A stretch of 62,231 nt of DNA, filler included, from Choristocarpus tenellus KU-1152 (taxonomy: Eukaryota; Protista; Phaeophyceae): NCBI GenBank assembly GCA_964200185.2. It is 10 parts of 10 records of this genome, joined end to end, with 100 filler letters (N's around TTAATTAATTAA, not from the genome) between each part and the next. Parts side by side here need not be neighbours in the genome. Positions count along the whole stretch, not along the records: positions 10,989 to 15,573 come from CAXNAD020013906.1; positions 15,674 to 20,276 come from CAXNAD020013828.1; positions 20,377 to 27,084 come from CAXNAD020007516.1; 7 more parts are not named here. The stretch is one strand, 5' to 3'. Within the stretch, counting starts at the first letter, position 1, and the number at the start of each line of letters is the position of its first letter. Below the pieces are notes generated by a model that worked only from the letters and a program-made list of their open reading frames with translations, did not search any database and had not been told where the DNA came from. The position numbers and the translations under genes are program-made. Shown piece after piece: positions 12,164 through 25,249 of this stretch.

Positions 12164-15053
12164 ATGGGTCGTGGACGAGGCAAGGGCAAACGTGGGGGTC
12201 GTGGAGGTTCTGGGCGTCAGCAATTTGTATCTTCTCTTGAAGAGTTAGAGTCACGCAATATCAGAGAGGAAGCTTGGAATGCTCGGAGGAAAAAGGGAGA
12301 TGACGAGGATGAGGAAGAGTCCGACTCAAGTGAGGACGAGAGGAGACCAAACGGAGGAGGGGCAGGTGGAGATATAGATGGAAACGACGAGTACGAGGAA
12401 GATGGAGATGAAGAAGTCAAAGAGATGAAGGAGAAGAAACCGAAGGGTGTTGCTGCCGTCATTGAAGTGGAGAATCCGAATGCCAAGCCCAAGTCAACCA
12501 AAATGATGAAGGCCAAGGTATTCAAAGAACACGCGCCCACCTTGCTTGAGCCTTCCTTGCACATTGCTTGCAAATTTCGTTGGACTTCCAGATAGTAGTC
12601 GATCCATTCCTCACACATAGTGTAACCAAGCGCAACGAATTGACCAAGGGTCACCGCATATTTTACCAGCATAAGCCCTTCAATATCATCCAACCCAGGT
12701 TTAAGGATTGAACCACCACACACCACAGATTAACATCTTGAGCCCAGAATCTAACCGTACCCTTCGCTTCTTCAACAGGACATGGATATGTCGGCTGCTC
12801 CAGCCGAGCTTTCACGACGGGAGCGTGAAGCATTGGATGCCGAACGGAAAAAGGCACACTACGAGAAGCTTCACGCACAGGGAAAGACCGAAGAGGCCCA
12901 GGTAATCTTACCGTACCAAGACTTCATAGTACCTTCTCTATCGCTATCTTCGCATTCTGAAGCTTCTGTGGCGGAGTCATCATACCTTTGGAGTTTTTTA
13001 CTCCCATTTCAAGGATTTGTATCGAACTGCGTATGATAGAATTGGGATTTTGGAATATGTTGTATATTAAAGTAAAACTTGCTTTCTTGCGCAATACCTC
13101 TGTGCAGAATTGTATCTTCTTTGTCAACCCCTCCTTGCGTCCTACCTGGCCGTCAGCCATCAACACAATGGCAGTTGCTTTTCACCCGTTCTTCCAAGGG
13201 GCATCGAAACATATGAAGAGGATGCTGATGCTGGCTTCCCCTCACCCCCTTGCGAGGGTCCATTGAAAGTGTGTGCTGAATGAAGAAATCTTTGTTTTCG
13301 ACAACTCCAATACACTTTTTTGGTAGATGTTCCTCATCTCAGACCGTGTGCAAGTCGCTTGTCCTTGGGGTGCTAAAGTGCAAAGCATATTTATGACCGT
13401 GAAGGGCAACCCTTGTGTGCACCACTAGAAAATTTAGCTTGATATCGCTTTTGGATTCCTTGTTTTTACAGAGAGGTTACCGCCTTCTCTTCGCACTGGA
13501 TCGTCTTCCAGTATTTTCAATGTTTTAATGAATTGCTCGACACACTTTTCTTAGGTTTCCTATTACTAGCGCATTTCAATTCCATGCTATTTGCGTGCAA
13601 AATTTGATCCTTTGTATAATTAATATATGAGTGAGTAATGGTCTCACTGCACGTGGTTGTGGTAGTATTCATCGTGGGTGAGGGACTGACTGTTCTTCCC
13701 TTGGTATCTATAGGTCTAACTTCAAGATACAGGGTTTTCTCTACCTTGAATTGCAGTTGTATCCAGCCAAAGATGCTTTGAATGTCCCAACTTGACGCAG
13801 CATGCATCCCACTCTACTCCACTTGCACACACAGTATGCGTTTTAGTCCTTGTAAATTTAGTATTTTGTTATACTGTTACATTCATTTGTTTTTCGACAA
13901 AAGGTGGACATGGCACGGCTGGCGCTGGTTAGAAGACGAAGGGAGGAAGCTACCCTCAAGGCCAAAGAAGATGAAGCAAGGGAAAAGGCTGAGGAGAGCG
14001 CTAAGAAGGAGAAGGCTGCTGCAGCGGGTTCTGCCAAGGGATCCGTGGAGTTAATGAAGCTCAATCCCCTTGAGGTAGGTGCTCTGGTTTAGGTTAGATC
14101 TCCGGTGCAGTACAACTATCGTGTTTGTTTTGGGGTTTTTTGTGTTGTGCCACAAGAGGCACTTCTTCCTCTGCCATATGTATCTATTTATTGAGAAGGG
14201 GTGGATTGGTTGCAGGGGTGGCTCAGATCAGAATAGTGGAGGAATGGTGTTGGGCAGGGGGTTGGTTGTCTGTGTCTTGTGGTTCTTTGTTGACTTTGAC
14301 CATGTTCATTACCTGTGAGCACTTTTAGGTGTATGTTGTTGTTGTGATGACAGTTTATGTATTGGACTCTAAAGAGGGTTTTTGTGGGAACAAATCAAGA
14401 GGAATTTAGCTTGCCTTGTACGGTGTGTCTTTGCGTATGTTGCGGACTGGTGGAGGTATTGCTAATACTGCTGACACATGTGCATACAGTATCCATCTTG
14501 AGAGACTTTTATTCTGCTGTGAGTCATTGGAGTTATTTGAATTGGACTCAGTGATTGGAAATTACAAAAAAATAGGGTTGGTTAAGGGAAAAATGTTCCA
14601 TAGAGCTGTACAGCATGTATATGAGTGTGAGCATAATTTTTGTCACTTGTTGCTTTTCCTATTGGGGCTATGATGATTTTAGCAATATAGTCCTGGTAGT
14701 AGCAGGGAGGGCAGATGAAGTTATCCTATAGGCTGAATGTGGTACACGTGTTATATTTATTCTATTGGTCGAAATGTTGCTCTTGAGTTTGGCTCTTCCC
14801 TATGTCTAGTTTTGATGTGGATACAGAGTTTTGGATGAGTTCCATCAAACCCTATCAATTATAGGCAGCGGTAATGATATGTGGATTGATATTTTTTTGT
14901 TTTGTGCATTTCATAACACCACCTTTGAAGGTCAAGAAGATGAACCCATCGCGGCTCAAGGAGCTCCTCAAGGAGAGGGGAGAGAGCTTGCAGGGTAACA
15001 AAAAGGATCTCATACAAAGGCTCCTCAACTGGGAAAAGGCTAAGCACGGTTGA
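12164..15053 (+). CDS. PDAP1: 28-kDa heat- and acid-stable phosphoprotein (PP28/PDAP1 family) with C-terminal SAP domain
   Basis: Exons 12164-12517, 12779-12901, 13904-14074, 14931-15053, all phase 0. Motifs KGVAAVIEVENPN, ELSRREREAL, YEKLHAQGKTEEAQVDMARLALVRRRREEA. Last exon VKKMNPSRLKELLKERGESLQGNKKDLIQRL fits the SAP pattern. Confidence 0.92.
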
Positions 15054-15673
15054 AGCAGCAGGTCCATGCACTGTGTAGTACAAATCTAGGGGAATAATTC
15101 CAACTTTTTCTGTTGGGGGGGGGGGAGGGAGTGGCAGGTTGTATAGTGCACACTTCAGAGGATAGCATTTGGTGAAGTTTATTGGGGGCTGGGGGTGGGA
15201 GGGGCAACATTGTAATACCTTACCTCAGCATGTTTTGGTGGAGCCTTGTGTTATCTTTCAGGGCCATAGTTCGGTAGTGTTTGAATAGAGTACAGAAGGT
15301 GAGAGCTTAGGTGAAAGACGGTTGCATCAATGGTCCCGTTCTGTTTCTGAAAAGGGTTCTGGCAGGAGAGCTCTTTTGTCAGGCGTGGGGAGGTGGATAA
15401 CAGCCTATTACAGGTAGTTTTAAAAGGGAAGTCCAGTGCCAAGAGCTGAGTAAATACTAACGTGTTTGGTACCATTGACGATCCACTTTTTCCTTCTCTT
15501 ACCATGGTGTACAGAGTAGTTTCCCCCCCCCCTGTTCTTGTTCCTTTCTTCCTTCCCCCCCAACAGTTACATGNNNNNNNNNNNNNNNNNNNNNNNNNNN
15601 NNNNNNNNNNNNNNNNNTTAATTAATTAANNNNNNNNNNNNNNNNNNNNNNNNNNNNNNNNNNNNNNNNNNNN

Positions 15674-17603
15674 TTGGAAGGGATAAGACTAAGTGTCGAG
15701 CAAGGATGATGAGTACGGTGGGTGCTGGAATGACCTCCACACATGAAGATTTGCGAGCAGGAGCAGCGACAGGGGCAGGGGCAAGGGCAGGGACTGAACC
15801 ATGCATTGCACCTCCAGTCCCGCCCAAGATAAAAGGGTGCATGGAAGTGCCAACTGGGGAGAACAGGGGCAAAGCGACCAGCACTCTTGGAGAAATAGAT
15901 TTGCATCCAGTGACACCAGCCTTCCAAGGGACAGGGAGTCCAGGGAGTCATGATTGTGATAAATATAGATGTGAAGGCTTGAACAAGCATGTCAATGATA
16001 ATGGCATCGATGACCGGAAGGGAGATTATAGAGGTAGGTGGATGATTGGTGCATGTGTCGTTCATTGTGCTATTCTAGGGGTAGTTTCATCTGTTTGTCT
16101 TAGCGTTTAGTACACCTTATTTCTTTCAAAAGAAATAAAATTCTTGTTGGTGTGTCAGAAGGCCTTTCCTGAAAGCAATACAGAACCTGCTACTTTCTTG
16201 TTTGTTGTATTCTTTGCTTAGTGTTTTTTGTTCCCTTCTCGACAGTAACTGCACAATGTGAGTGGATGTGATATTGTAATAAGATAATAGAATGATAGTA
16301 TGAAGAGACTAAGTTATGAATCTGTGATATGCTTAGTCTATGATATTTTGTAAAAATATGTCAACTGACATTTTCAGATGTTGTCGTGAAGGGAGTGAAG
16401 AGAATCGTATATCATAAACAATACAAACTAACTCGATGACAACAGAGTCTGTGCTGCTTACTCGAAGTTCCTTTGGATACACCCAGAAGAGTTAATCTTT
16501 CGGGACAGATAGTGTCACCAAGAACTCTGCAGGTAGCTCTCTCGTGGCATGTCATGCACTTAAGTGAAAGTGTCTTAGAGGATACGAGTTTTGCCCTGTT
16601 TGTCCATTTGGGGCTTGGCTTCCCATGGGTTTTTTTTAAGACATTTTCCTACTCCAAAGTGTTTAAGAGTAGCTATAATGCGTACGTCATGACCAGGTGT
16701 GTGTCTGGATCATGGATAGTGGCCCCCAAATGGACGCGGCTCTACCCTCTAAGATAGTTTGACTTACTTCAAGTTGCAGACATTGGATCAGTGGACAAGG
16801 AGGGGCCTCACATATTCTTGGTATTCTTTTATATTTTGCATCACGTTTTGGCCAACTTCGTAAGCTAGACTAGCTACGAGGATAGCAGTGTGAAATCATT
16901 TTGCAGGGAACAATACCACAGGTGGCATTGTTGCGTAGTCCGAAGTAGTTAGTACAAAATATGCACAACATTTTGTGGAAACAAATAATTTCTGTCCATG
17001 CAGACCATCGTTGGAGTGGTTGTTGCAGTTTCCTGCCTTGCTTTTGTTTGTCTTATCACTGCCCTGACACGTTTGCAGAATATCAGTTGGCATGGGTAAT
17101 AAAATACCCACCGACACACAGTTGTACTCGTATACGCTCTATTTACCATCCAATACCACTTTTTCAAAAATGGATTCCTATAGCATGATTGGTATTAGCT
17201 ATACCAAGCACAAAATCCGTAACTCCTCCCTTCTATCTGTTGCAATTTGGATGGTGGACTAGAACATGAGTCGAGCTCCCTCTCGTTGTCCTTGGAGCAG
17301 AAGAAGACTGAAAATCGAGGAATGGGACATGATTCAATGACAAGGTTGGTAGATAAGAATCCATGCGGAACGGTATTGTACCCTTGCAGCTCTGCAAAGA
17401 CTGAAGGGGCGTCAGGAAAGCCAAGACATGGGGAGCAAGAGAATAGAACAGAGGATGGACAGGGTGCTGTGAGGCAAGCATGCCCAACAATGGACGAATC
17501 ATCTTTCCCTCCTGGCTCAAAATCTGCCATAGACAAATTGATTGATGAAATCATCACCGCCAGTAGAGATGATGATACCATAAGGAGCCTCCTTGAAGAA
17601 CAG
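15674..17603 (+). CDS. Two low-complexity coding exons of an unknown gene, possibly the N-terminal part of the downstream ROCO gene
   Basis: Open frame from the contig start to about 16032 (AG|GTAGGT, phase 1) joins 17263-17603 (CAG|GTGAGG, phase 0). The phase matches the ROC exon at 21112, but a spacer intervenes. Confidence 0.5.
16562..16765. mobile_element. MITE family A, internally deleted copy
   Basis: TIRs present; perfect ACTT TSD (16558-16561, 16766-16769). Confidence 0.9.
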
Positions 17604-19316
17604 GTGAGGCCTCTGAGTGTTGACCTGTTTCCTAGTGTTGTATTCTAACTTGGATTCTTTTTTTGTCATAAGGTTACTCTCAGTACCAGTGCTGATTTAG
17701 ACCCCCATGACTGGTGGAATTAGAGGAGGGGGTTGAGGGAGGAAATATATTCAACCTACACTTACATATTTTTGGTCAAAGTGGAGTACATCCGAAAGCT
17801 ACTTGTCTTGTAGTTGAATTACGCCATCATCAAGCAGCCAACGGACAGAGCATCTGTAAGTGGGACATACAGTGTGTGTAGGCTACCTTTGTTCTGCCTT
17901 GTTACCCCAACGGTTGTGGATGGTTACAGCACTGAGTCGACCCAAAGGAAATTACTATGATACCGGACTGTTCACCGAATACAGAGGAAAGGAGCCTTCT
18001 AATTTTAATGCTCATGCGACCCCAGCGGTGCACTGTTGTTATCACTTTGACTTGTGAAAAACAACCTCACTCCACGTAGAAGATCACACTTTCATCAAGA
18101 TTTTAAGGAGCATTTTCTCTGTGAGGCAAGAAAATGATTATTCATAGGTATGAGCAGTATGCTTATAATAGGTAGTCTCCACTTCACTTGACCAAAACAA
18201 AATGAGATAGCTGAGGTCGCAATTTCTCTGGTAGTGTCAAGTTTCAGTCTGTACGTTTGCAAGAAGATAGTGCTCTGGAGCCTGTCCGGTTAGCGGTGCT
18301 CTTAGTATCCAGTAGTAGCAACAAAGAGACGTGGCCACCCCACCAACCTTTCTCGACAGTTTAAACAATATGGACAGGGGTATCCTCCTTATGAGAGTCC
18401 ACTGCCAACATCTCGCCAACAATGAGGAATACTGTTGGTCTCCGTTTGCCCTGCTTGAAGCATCATGTCTGGTGGTTAATCTCTACTCACAGTTTTTCTC
18501 ACAGGGTACACCCACTTTAACAATGTTTTGTATGTTGAATGAAACCAGCAAGCGGAGAACCACCCGTCGAGCACCTTGGTAGAGATTTAAAATGCAATAC
18601 ACTAGATGTAGGATTTCTAAAGCATAATATAAGTTCTGCAGGCGTCTCCTATTCTGCTAACACCTCGCTACCATCGGTTTGCCAATAATCTATGTCAAAA
18701 GAATATTGCAAACATGTGCAGTCCTCGGCAAGGGAATATTTTCACCTTCTTCAGGTGCTTAAGCCCACAAATGTGATATTTTTACCATGTCCCCACCCTC
18801 CACACACTTGCACACAAATTGATGGCTCAAACACTGATCTTCTCTCCCTGTCATACCATCGTGCCACCTACTCAGCCCCAGCAGCTGCTGTCATACATTT
18901 TGAAATGCCTGAAGAATGCGAGCACTCCATCTGCTCACTCTCTGGGCGAGGACTTGCCTAGTAAGAAAGGAACGTGCTGACTCATCGTACCTGCACCACT
19001 ACTATAAGGTGATGTAGGCAGTTGGGAACAAATTTACTTTTGGTATCTCACGTCGCAGAACTTGCACTCTACCCTTTTTCTGTGTCTGGGCATGACACTT
19101 GAAATACGCAGGGTGCTCAGCCCATCAAAACACATTGTATTAGTTAGTTGTCTTGCAATAGCCCAATAACTGAATTATATGTTGGCATTGCCCCCAACAT
19201 GTTGTTGGTGCGGAGTAGAAATATTGTTTCTATATTATGATAATAAGCCTGCAGCATGTCTGTTGAGGACGAAAGGTAAACAATTCCTGCCTGAACCTTC
19301 GATAATGAGAATAGAA

Positions 19317-19576
19317 GAGCCGAAGTATCTTAGAGGGTAGAGCCGCGTCCATTTGGGGGCCAAAATACAATGTTGCGATTTTGATGTAATGTTGGGGTAT
19401 TGTGTTTGTTAGGAGGTGTCAATATCGATGTTCTGAACACACCTTTTCATATTATACATACTTCACCTACTCCTAAAAATTTTGAAATAGGAATATATAA
19501 TAAAATAACTCATGGGAAGTCAAGCCCTAAATGGACGAAGAGGGCAAAACCCGTACCGTCTAAGATACTTTCACTC
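19317..19576. mobile_element. MITE family A
   Basis: GAGCCGAAGTATCTTAGAGGGTA ... TAAGATACTTTCACTC; perfect AGAA TSD. Confidence 0.92.
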
Positions 19577-20387
19577 AGAAGCCGCGCTCAACAATCAAAT
19601 CTTAGGATAGGAATGTCTTTGGTCCAAATTACTACTTTTGTGTTGTCAATTTTGAGGAAGGTATCCGTATTGAAGGAAGTGTTTGGATTATTTGTGTCAT
19701 TGTGACGGTGCGCACATCACCTACTTACTTAGGAGTGCCCACAATGTATACTTTGTACCCCAGAGTATTTGTCAATGAAAGCATGTTTACACTTTTGCTT
19801 GCGCGGCAATTTTCTTTGTGATGAACAACAGCTCTGTTTGAGCTTTCCATCCTCGTGATTTTATTCCCAATTTGACACTTTTTCTGAAAGCATATTTACT
19901 GCCTCCTCTCCTTGTCTGCGTAACTGCTTGGCTGCATAGCACAGCCAATGCATGAATACGTTCACTTAGAAATACTCTCTTGTCTTGTGAGAAAACAAAG
20001 TTGGTAGGGCTCGGAATGCAGGAAGGGGTTCAGATATGACGGAGGAAGCAAGGAGGCCTAGTGACAAGGAAGCTCATCATGCATCATATGGCGTAACTTT
20101 GTGTCTTACCCTTTCCTTACTATCCCTAACCAACCTGTATAACAGCTACACTAGAGCACTCTATACGTGGAAAATATTCCCCTCTTTTAGCACCAAGGTA
20201 GCGCTATAAATCGAGCACAAGGGTCAAAGTATCTGGGGGGAGTGTCGGCGTCCGTTTTTCACCCTTTTTTCGATTTNNNNNNNNNNNNNNNNNNNNNNNN
20301 NNNNNNNNNNNNNNNNNNNNTTAATTAATTAANNNNNNNNNNNNNNNNNNNNNNNNNNNNNNNNNNNNNNNNNNNNTTTGAGCCCAA

Positions 20388-20568
20388 GACCCAAAGTATC
20401 TCTGTGTGTGGGGAGGTGTCTATATCAGGGTGTCCATTAGGTCAAAATCAAGAAAAGTGAATTTACATTATCCATCAGGCGTATGCAACCAAATCACCCA
20501 AAAATCGTGACATGAAAAAAATTAACCCCAAATGGATAGCCGCCACCCCCCCCAGATACTTCAAGCCT
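20388..20568. mobile_element. MITE family B
   Basis: Colinear with 4728-4909; abuts another MITE terminus (TTTGAGCCC) at 20377. Confidence 0.8.
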
Positions 20569-21111
20569 CAAAGTAAACTAGAGGTACCCAGAGTTGAATA
20601 TGAAGGATGCTGACAAATATGTTACAAAATCGAACCATTTCCCCAAATACAAATTGGAAATTTTCTGAATCACATCAAGAATTTTCAAATGGCTGAGAAA
20701 TTAGTGCGCTCAAGTCAAACCCAGCACTTCATCAAAAAAAATATGGATGAACTGCAAAAGATTGAAAACTGGTTTATTATGAAAAATGGACATAACCTGG
20801 GTACCTCTCATTTACATTGGATCAGAGTTGTAGGGATCCAAATGCGGAGTGCTATTGGATTAGCCTCTTATCTTCAGTCACTAAGAAAGTTGATGCAAAT
20901 GGGGATGAAAAAGCAGATAATTGTTTTGCAATCAGTTGTTCAAAACATTGCTATTGGCATCTAGTCTTCGTCTAGGCTCGTTATATGATACAGAAGGTTA
21001 TTGCATGCCAAACTACGGATGAGAATCCTTGTTTCCATGATATGTGGCTCACCTACATAACATAGCATGTGTTCTTACTACATTTTCTGCTCACAAATCG
21101 CATACTACAAG

Positions 21112-23900
21112 GTTTTTCTCAAGGATGAGCTCATGGTCTGGCTGCAAACACTTCACCTGCGCACCCCGGGCTGCACAGTAATGCTTGTTGCCAACAAGTG
21201 TGACAATTTTTGCAAGAAGAACTTCCGCTCAATGGCAGAGCAAGTGGAGAGAGATGTTAGATTCCAGTATGAAGATTGGAGAAGGCAGCGTGGAAACATT
21301 GACATGGTTGATCAGATTGACAACAGCACCATGTTGAACGTCCTTGACAATCCAAGTCTTGTGAGTTGCAAGACTGGCAGTGGCATCCGTGATTTGATCA
21401 GAAGGGTTCGGAGTCAGGTTCCAGTGTCCATACCCATTCCACCTGCTTGGGACCTGGCCCTCACTGTGCTGGATGCGCTGAGGGAAGGCAAAGATCCCAC
21501 CAAGTGTGCACGAGAACACCTGAAACTCCCCAGTGGTGCAGTCCAGCAGACAACTACAATTCTCCCCCAATCATGTATCACAAAGAAAGACATTAGAAAT
21601 AAGTGGGAAGAAGTGGTTCATAAGCTGAAGCAGGAATACAATCATGTGGTCGTGAATCCCATGTCTAGCATGGAGGGGGCAATTTGGATCAGGTGATGGA
21701 TGCATCTAGACAAATCGTGCAATCGCGTGGCATCAGTGGTTGGACATAGCTTCGTGGCGTTCACACTTTCATTTTCTATGATTGTACACCAGCATGTTGA
21801 CTAGATGCTATTGTCTTTCCAGCTTGATGAACACTAGACATTTTTCAGTTTGAACGATCTCATGGTTTTTGTTGATAATTTTTATTTGTCTCAACTGTGA
21901 ACCAGGGATGACTTACGCTGTACAATGTTTATCTGTGACCCCTGCCTCTGCTACACACATTTGTTTTGGTGATAGAGAGTATGGTGGGTAATTGCTGCGA
22001 GTTGATGGAGGAGATTTTCTATTCCTGGATGTGGAATGGCTCTCTCAAGTGCTTAAGCCCATCCTGGATCACAAGTTGGGTGGCATACCATTTGAATCGG
22101 CTGAAATGGAGACAGGGAGGTATGATTTGGTGGAGAGAGGCATTCTACGTCGCAACTTCGCCCTCCATCTATGGTCCCCCTTCATGAAGATGGAGGAGCA
22201 CATCCATGACAGAGAGGCGATGATCAGAGGATTGTTTGATGTCCTAATAAAGTTGGGGATTGTTCTACCAACTCAGTGGGGCCCAGAATCAGATAAGAGG
22301 GCAAGTACAGCCCAAAAAGTAAGCAACATGTTGGTGATAATGCGGCTGCCTACCAAGTGCCCAGAAACGGTGAGGGACAAGCTGAGGAGGTTTGAGGAGG
22401 CACTTGGGGATAACAAGGTTGCTATCCAGTGGCATTTTGATAGTGCAGGCTCTCCTTATGGCATGGTCGAGCGCTTGATTGCCTTCTGCCATGTTTTAGG
22501 TGAGGTCTGGGAGAGTGGTTGCTGGAGGTACGGTGTTCTGTTAACTGGTGACAGTCATGCAGTTCTTGTGAAGTATGATGGGGATAGGCATCTACTCACT
22601 GTGACTGTTTTTGGGCTGAAGGTTGACCTGTTGATGTGGGGAGTCTTACGTTTTGTGGCTTCAGCAGTGCTGCGACTCTCAAAGGACTGGTCCGGTGTGC
22701 TATGGTCAGCATCACTACAATGCCCCAACCATTATAAGCCAATCTTTTACTTAGCCACACCAAAAGAGGTATGTGTATGCAGAAAATTGCTCATTCGGAG
22801 GTGTCCTTTATTGCTATCTTGAGAACTCAGGGGATGGGGACTTTTTGGGGTTGTGTGCCAAATATTGATGTACTGCTGTACCACCTGGCACTGTTGTTGG
22901 TGTGGTGATCATCAATGGGCTAAATCTAGTATCACCCCAGCCTCTGGTTATGACAAATGCTGGGATATATCATTACATCTCTGGATCAGTATGCCATGCG
23001 TCGTACTGCCCTAGTGGTGTGGTGATATCCCCCAAGGTTTAACATTATATGTTCTTGTAGATTCTGCCCATGAGGCGTTTTGCTTTTCTGTACTACCCAC
23101 AAGCTTCAAATTCTGGCACACCTATTTAGACATACCTGTTTTGACTTGCTGACTGATCAACAGGCACCCAATATAGGTTCCCGATTACTACCTTTTGGTA
23201 TGGGGGAGGTTACAGGAAGGAAGTGTCATGGTTGCCCTGCAGCGAATGAGGTGGCAAAGCTGGCCATGCATCATCTAGGCTCTGTTGTGGAGACGAGCAA
23301 CTTTCAAGGTACACATGTTTGGCCTAACTCAATGCAGCAAATGCGATGAAGGCATATGCACAAAATCAGAAGCTCGACATGGTCACGCCAAGCGCATGCC
23401 AGGTACACCAAATTTGTGAATCTAATGGCTTGGATGGTGATGTATTTGACTCCATTCAGCTGCCCTGTTTTTACGTGGATGTTGTGTGTGTATTGCTGCG
23501 AATCCTTGTCCAAACAGTTTCACTTTGCGAGGATGATGTTCGGGATGAAGGCATGGATACGAGTGAGCGTAGAGAGTTCAAGATAAAACTAGATAAGGCA
23601 AAGAACATGTTACACAGCCAACATCCTCCACCACCCCCCAACCTTCCAGCAGCATCCTTTCCACCTGAAGATACCATCTGCAGCTCGGAAGATAAGATAA
23701 ATTTTTCTGTAGGCCTATTCTTTTCTGGTGTGGGACTCTTAGGAGGGCTAATTGATGGAATCGTTGCAGAGGAGCCTCTCCAATGGGGTCTATGCTTGTT
23801 TGCTGTTGTAGTACTCCTTATGGGGGCTATTGCAATTGCTCTACGTGCTGGGTGGCGTCCACATTCTTGTTGTGACTGCCATTGCGATTCTTTGGCATAG
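21112..23900 (+). pseudogene. ROCO-family gene (C-terminal half of ROC GTPase, COR, two C-terminal TM helices), apparently disrupted
   Basis: Exons 21112-21692, 21976-22768, 23164-~23403, 23518-23900. ROC motifs WLQTLHLRTPGCTVMLVANKCD (G4) and VSCKTGSGI (G5); COR motifs IPPAW, FLFLDVEWLSQVLKPILDH, PYGMVERLIA. In-frame TAA at 21989-21991 and a frame change near 23290-23345. Confidence 0.8.
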
Positions 23901-25249
23901 ACATGTAGTGAAAGTCATTCACATACTACCTTATGGACCCTAGTAGATGCAGAAATGTTATGGATGAGTAAAGCCATGTTTGGATGCCAAGGGCTGCTGG
24001 ACTGATACTGAGGGTTCACTGATGTTGACTATGGACCTAAGGATCGAAAGTGCACGAAAGCTGCTGTAGGGTAGGGCAGAAATCGCTTGTGGCACATGGG
24101 AAATCCCTGAACAAAGATCTAGTGTTCATTGCTTCCACGTTGGTCTTACGTTCGGGCACGTGGACATAAAATAAAAACGTTTTCATATCTGAATCGATGT
24201 TTGAAGACCAGGTAGATTTCAAATGTGGAAAATTCAAGGGCAAGATATCTTCCGATGTGGAAGAAAGTAGACATTTTCTTATTTGCCGAAGTAAGAAAAA
24301 ATATAGAAATATGATGAATTTTGATCTGGAAATGTCAAAGGTCACTGCAGGATAAATTATTCCTCTCAAAAAACCTTCGAAAGTGAGTATACTTCAAAGA
24401 TATAGATCCTTCTCAATAGTAGCTCTCACTTGAAATACAGCAAGGATATGGCATATTGAATGCCATCCGCATGTTTATTGTCGAGATGTTGACACAAATT
24501 TCTACTTGACAGCATGACTGTTGAAACCTGAGTTCGAATGAATCGTGATGAATTTCGATGTGGCTATCTTGTGGCAATTAGGCAGCATAGTGCAGTAAAG
24601 CACTGGTGGATTTGTTCTGGTAGATCTAATGAAGCATATTGCTCAATCAGATGATGGTTGATGTGATAGTGGTGTCATTAATTGAGGTGCTCAAATGAAG
24701 AAATGCTTGGTCTCTGAAGAGGCTTGTCATCTTGACTGAGAAGGGTTTCTGAGGATGTCTTAACTCTAGGTATATTGCATCCCGGTGTGTATCAGGTACA
24801 CTTAAGCGCAGAGTAATGTTGGTGTCTTATGAGGGGGCAATGCAAGCCAAGAAAAATAATAATCAACATATTATATACAGCTGATGACTTCTTGTGTGAA
24901 GAAGAAGATGATAGGGGAAAACAAAGAAGAAACAAGGAGACAAGCTCGAATCAATGTCTGAGGGACCTGATGATGTGACACACATTATGCCTGTGTGTGT
25001 GATAGGTAGTGACTGTTCTGATGCTTCCTATGTACTGTGATGTTCCAAAGGAAATTGATATGTTGTAATGACGAGCTAATGAAGTAAGTAGAGATAATAA
25101 TTACAATGTACAAATCAACATTCCGTATGGACTGACGATACTGTTTCGTACCAAGACAAATCAAACGAGAAGCCTATATTTTAGTAATGACAGCCAACAC
25201 TTCTCATTGACTCGGGTTCTAACTACAGGCCAGTACGTGATGTTAAAAC

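Noticed and set aside
19317-19576. MITE family A as Transib/RAG-like or piggyBac
   Set aside because: Termini are GAG...CTC with variable 4-bp TSDs, not CAC with 5-bp TSDs or TTAA-specific; the similarity is architectural only.
24881-24995. CTGATGA motifs followed by short stems, suggesting hammerhead ribozymes
   Set aside because: The required GAAA after stem II is absent at both sites.
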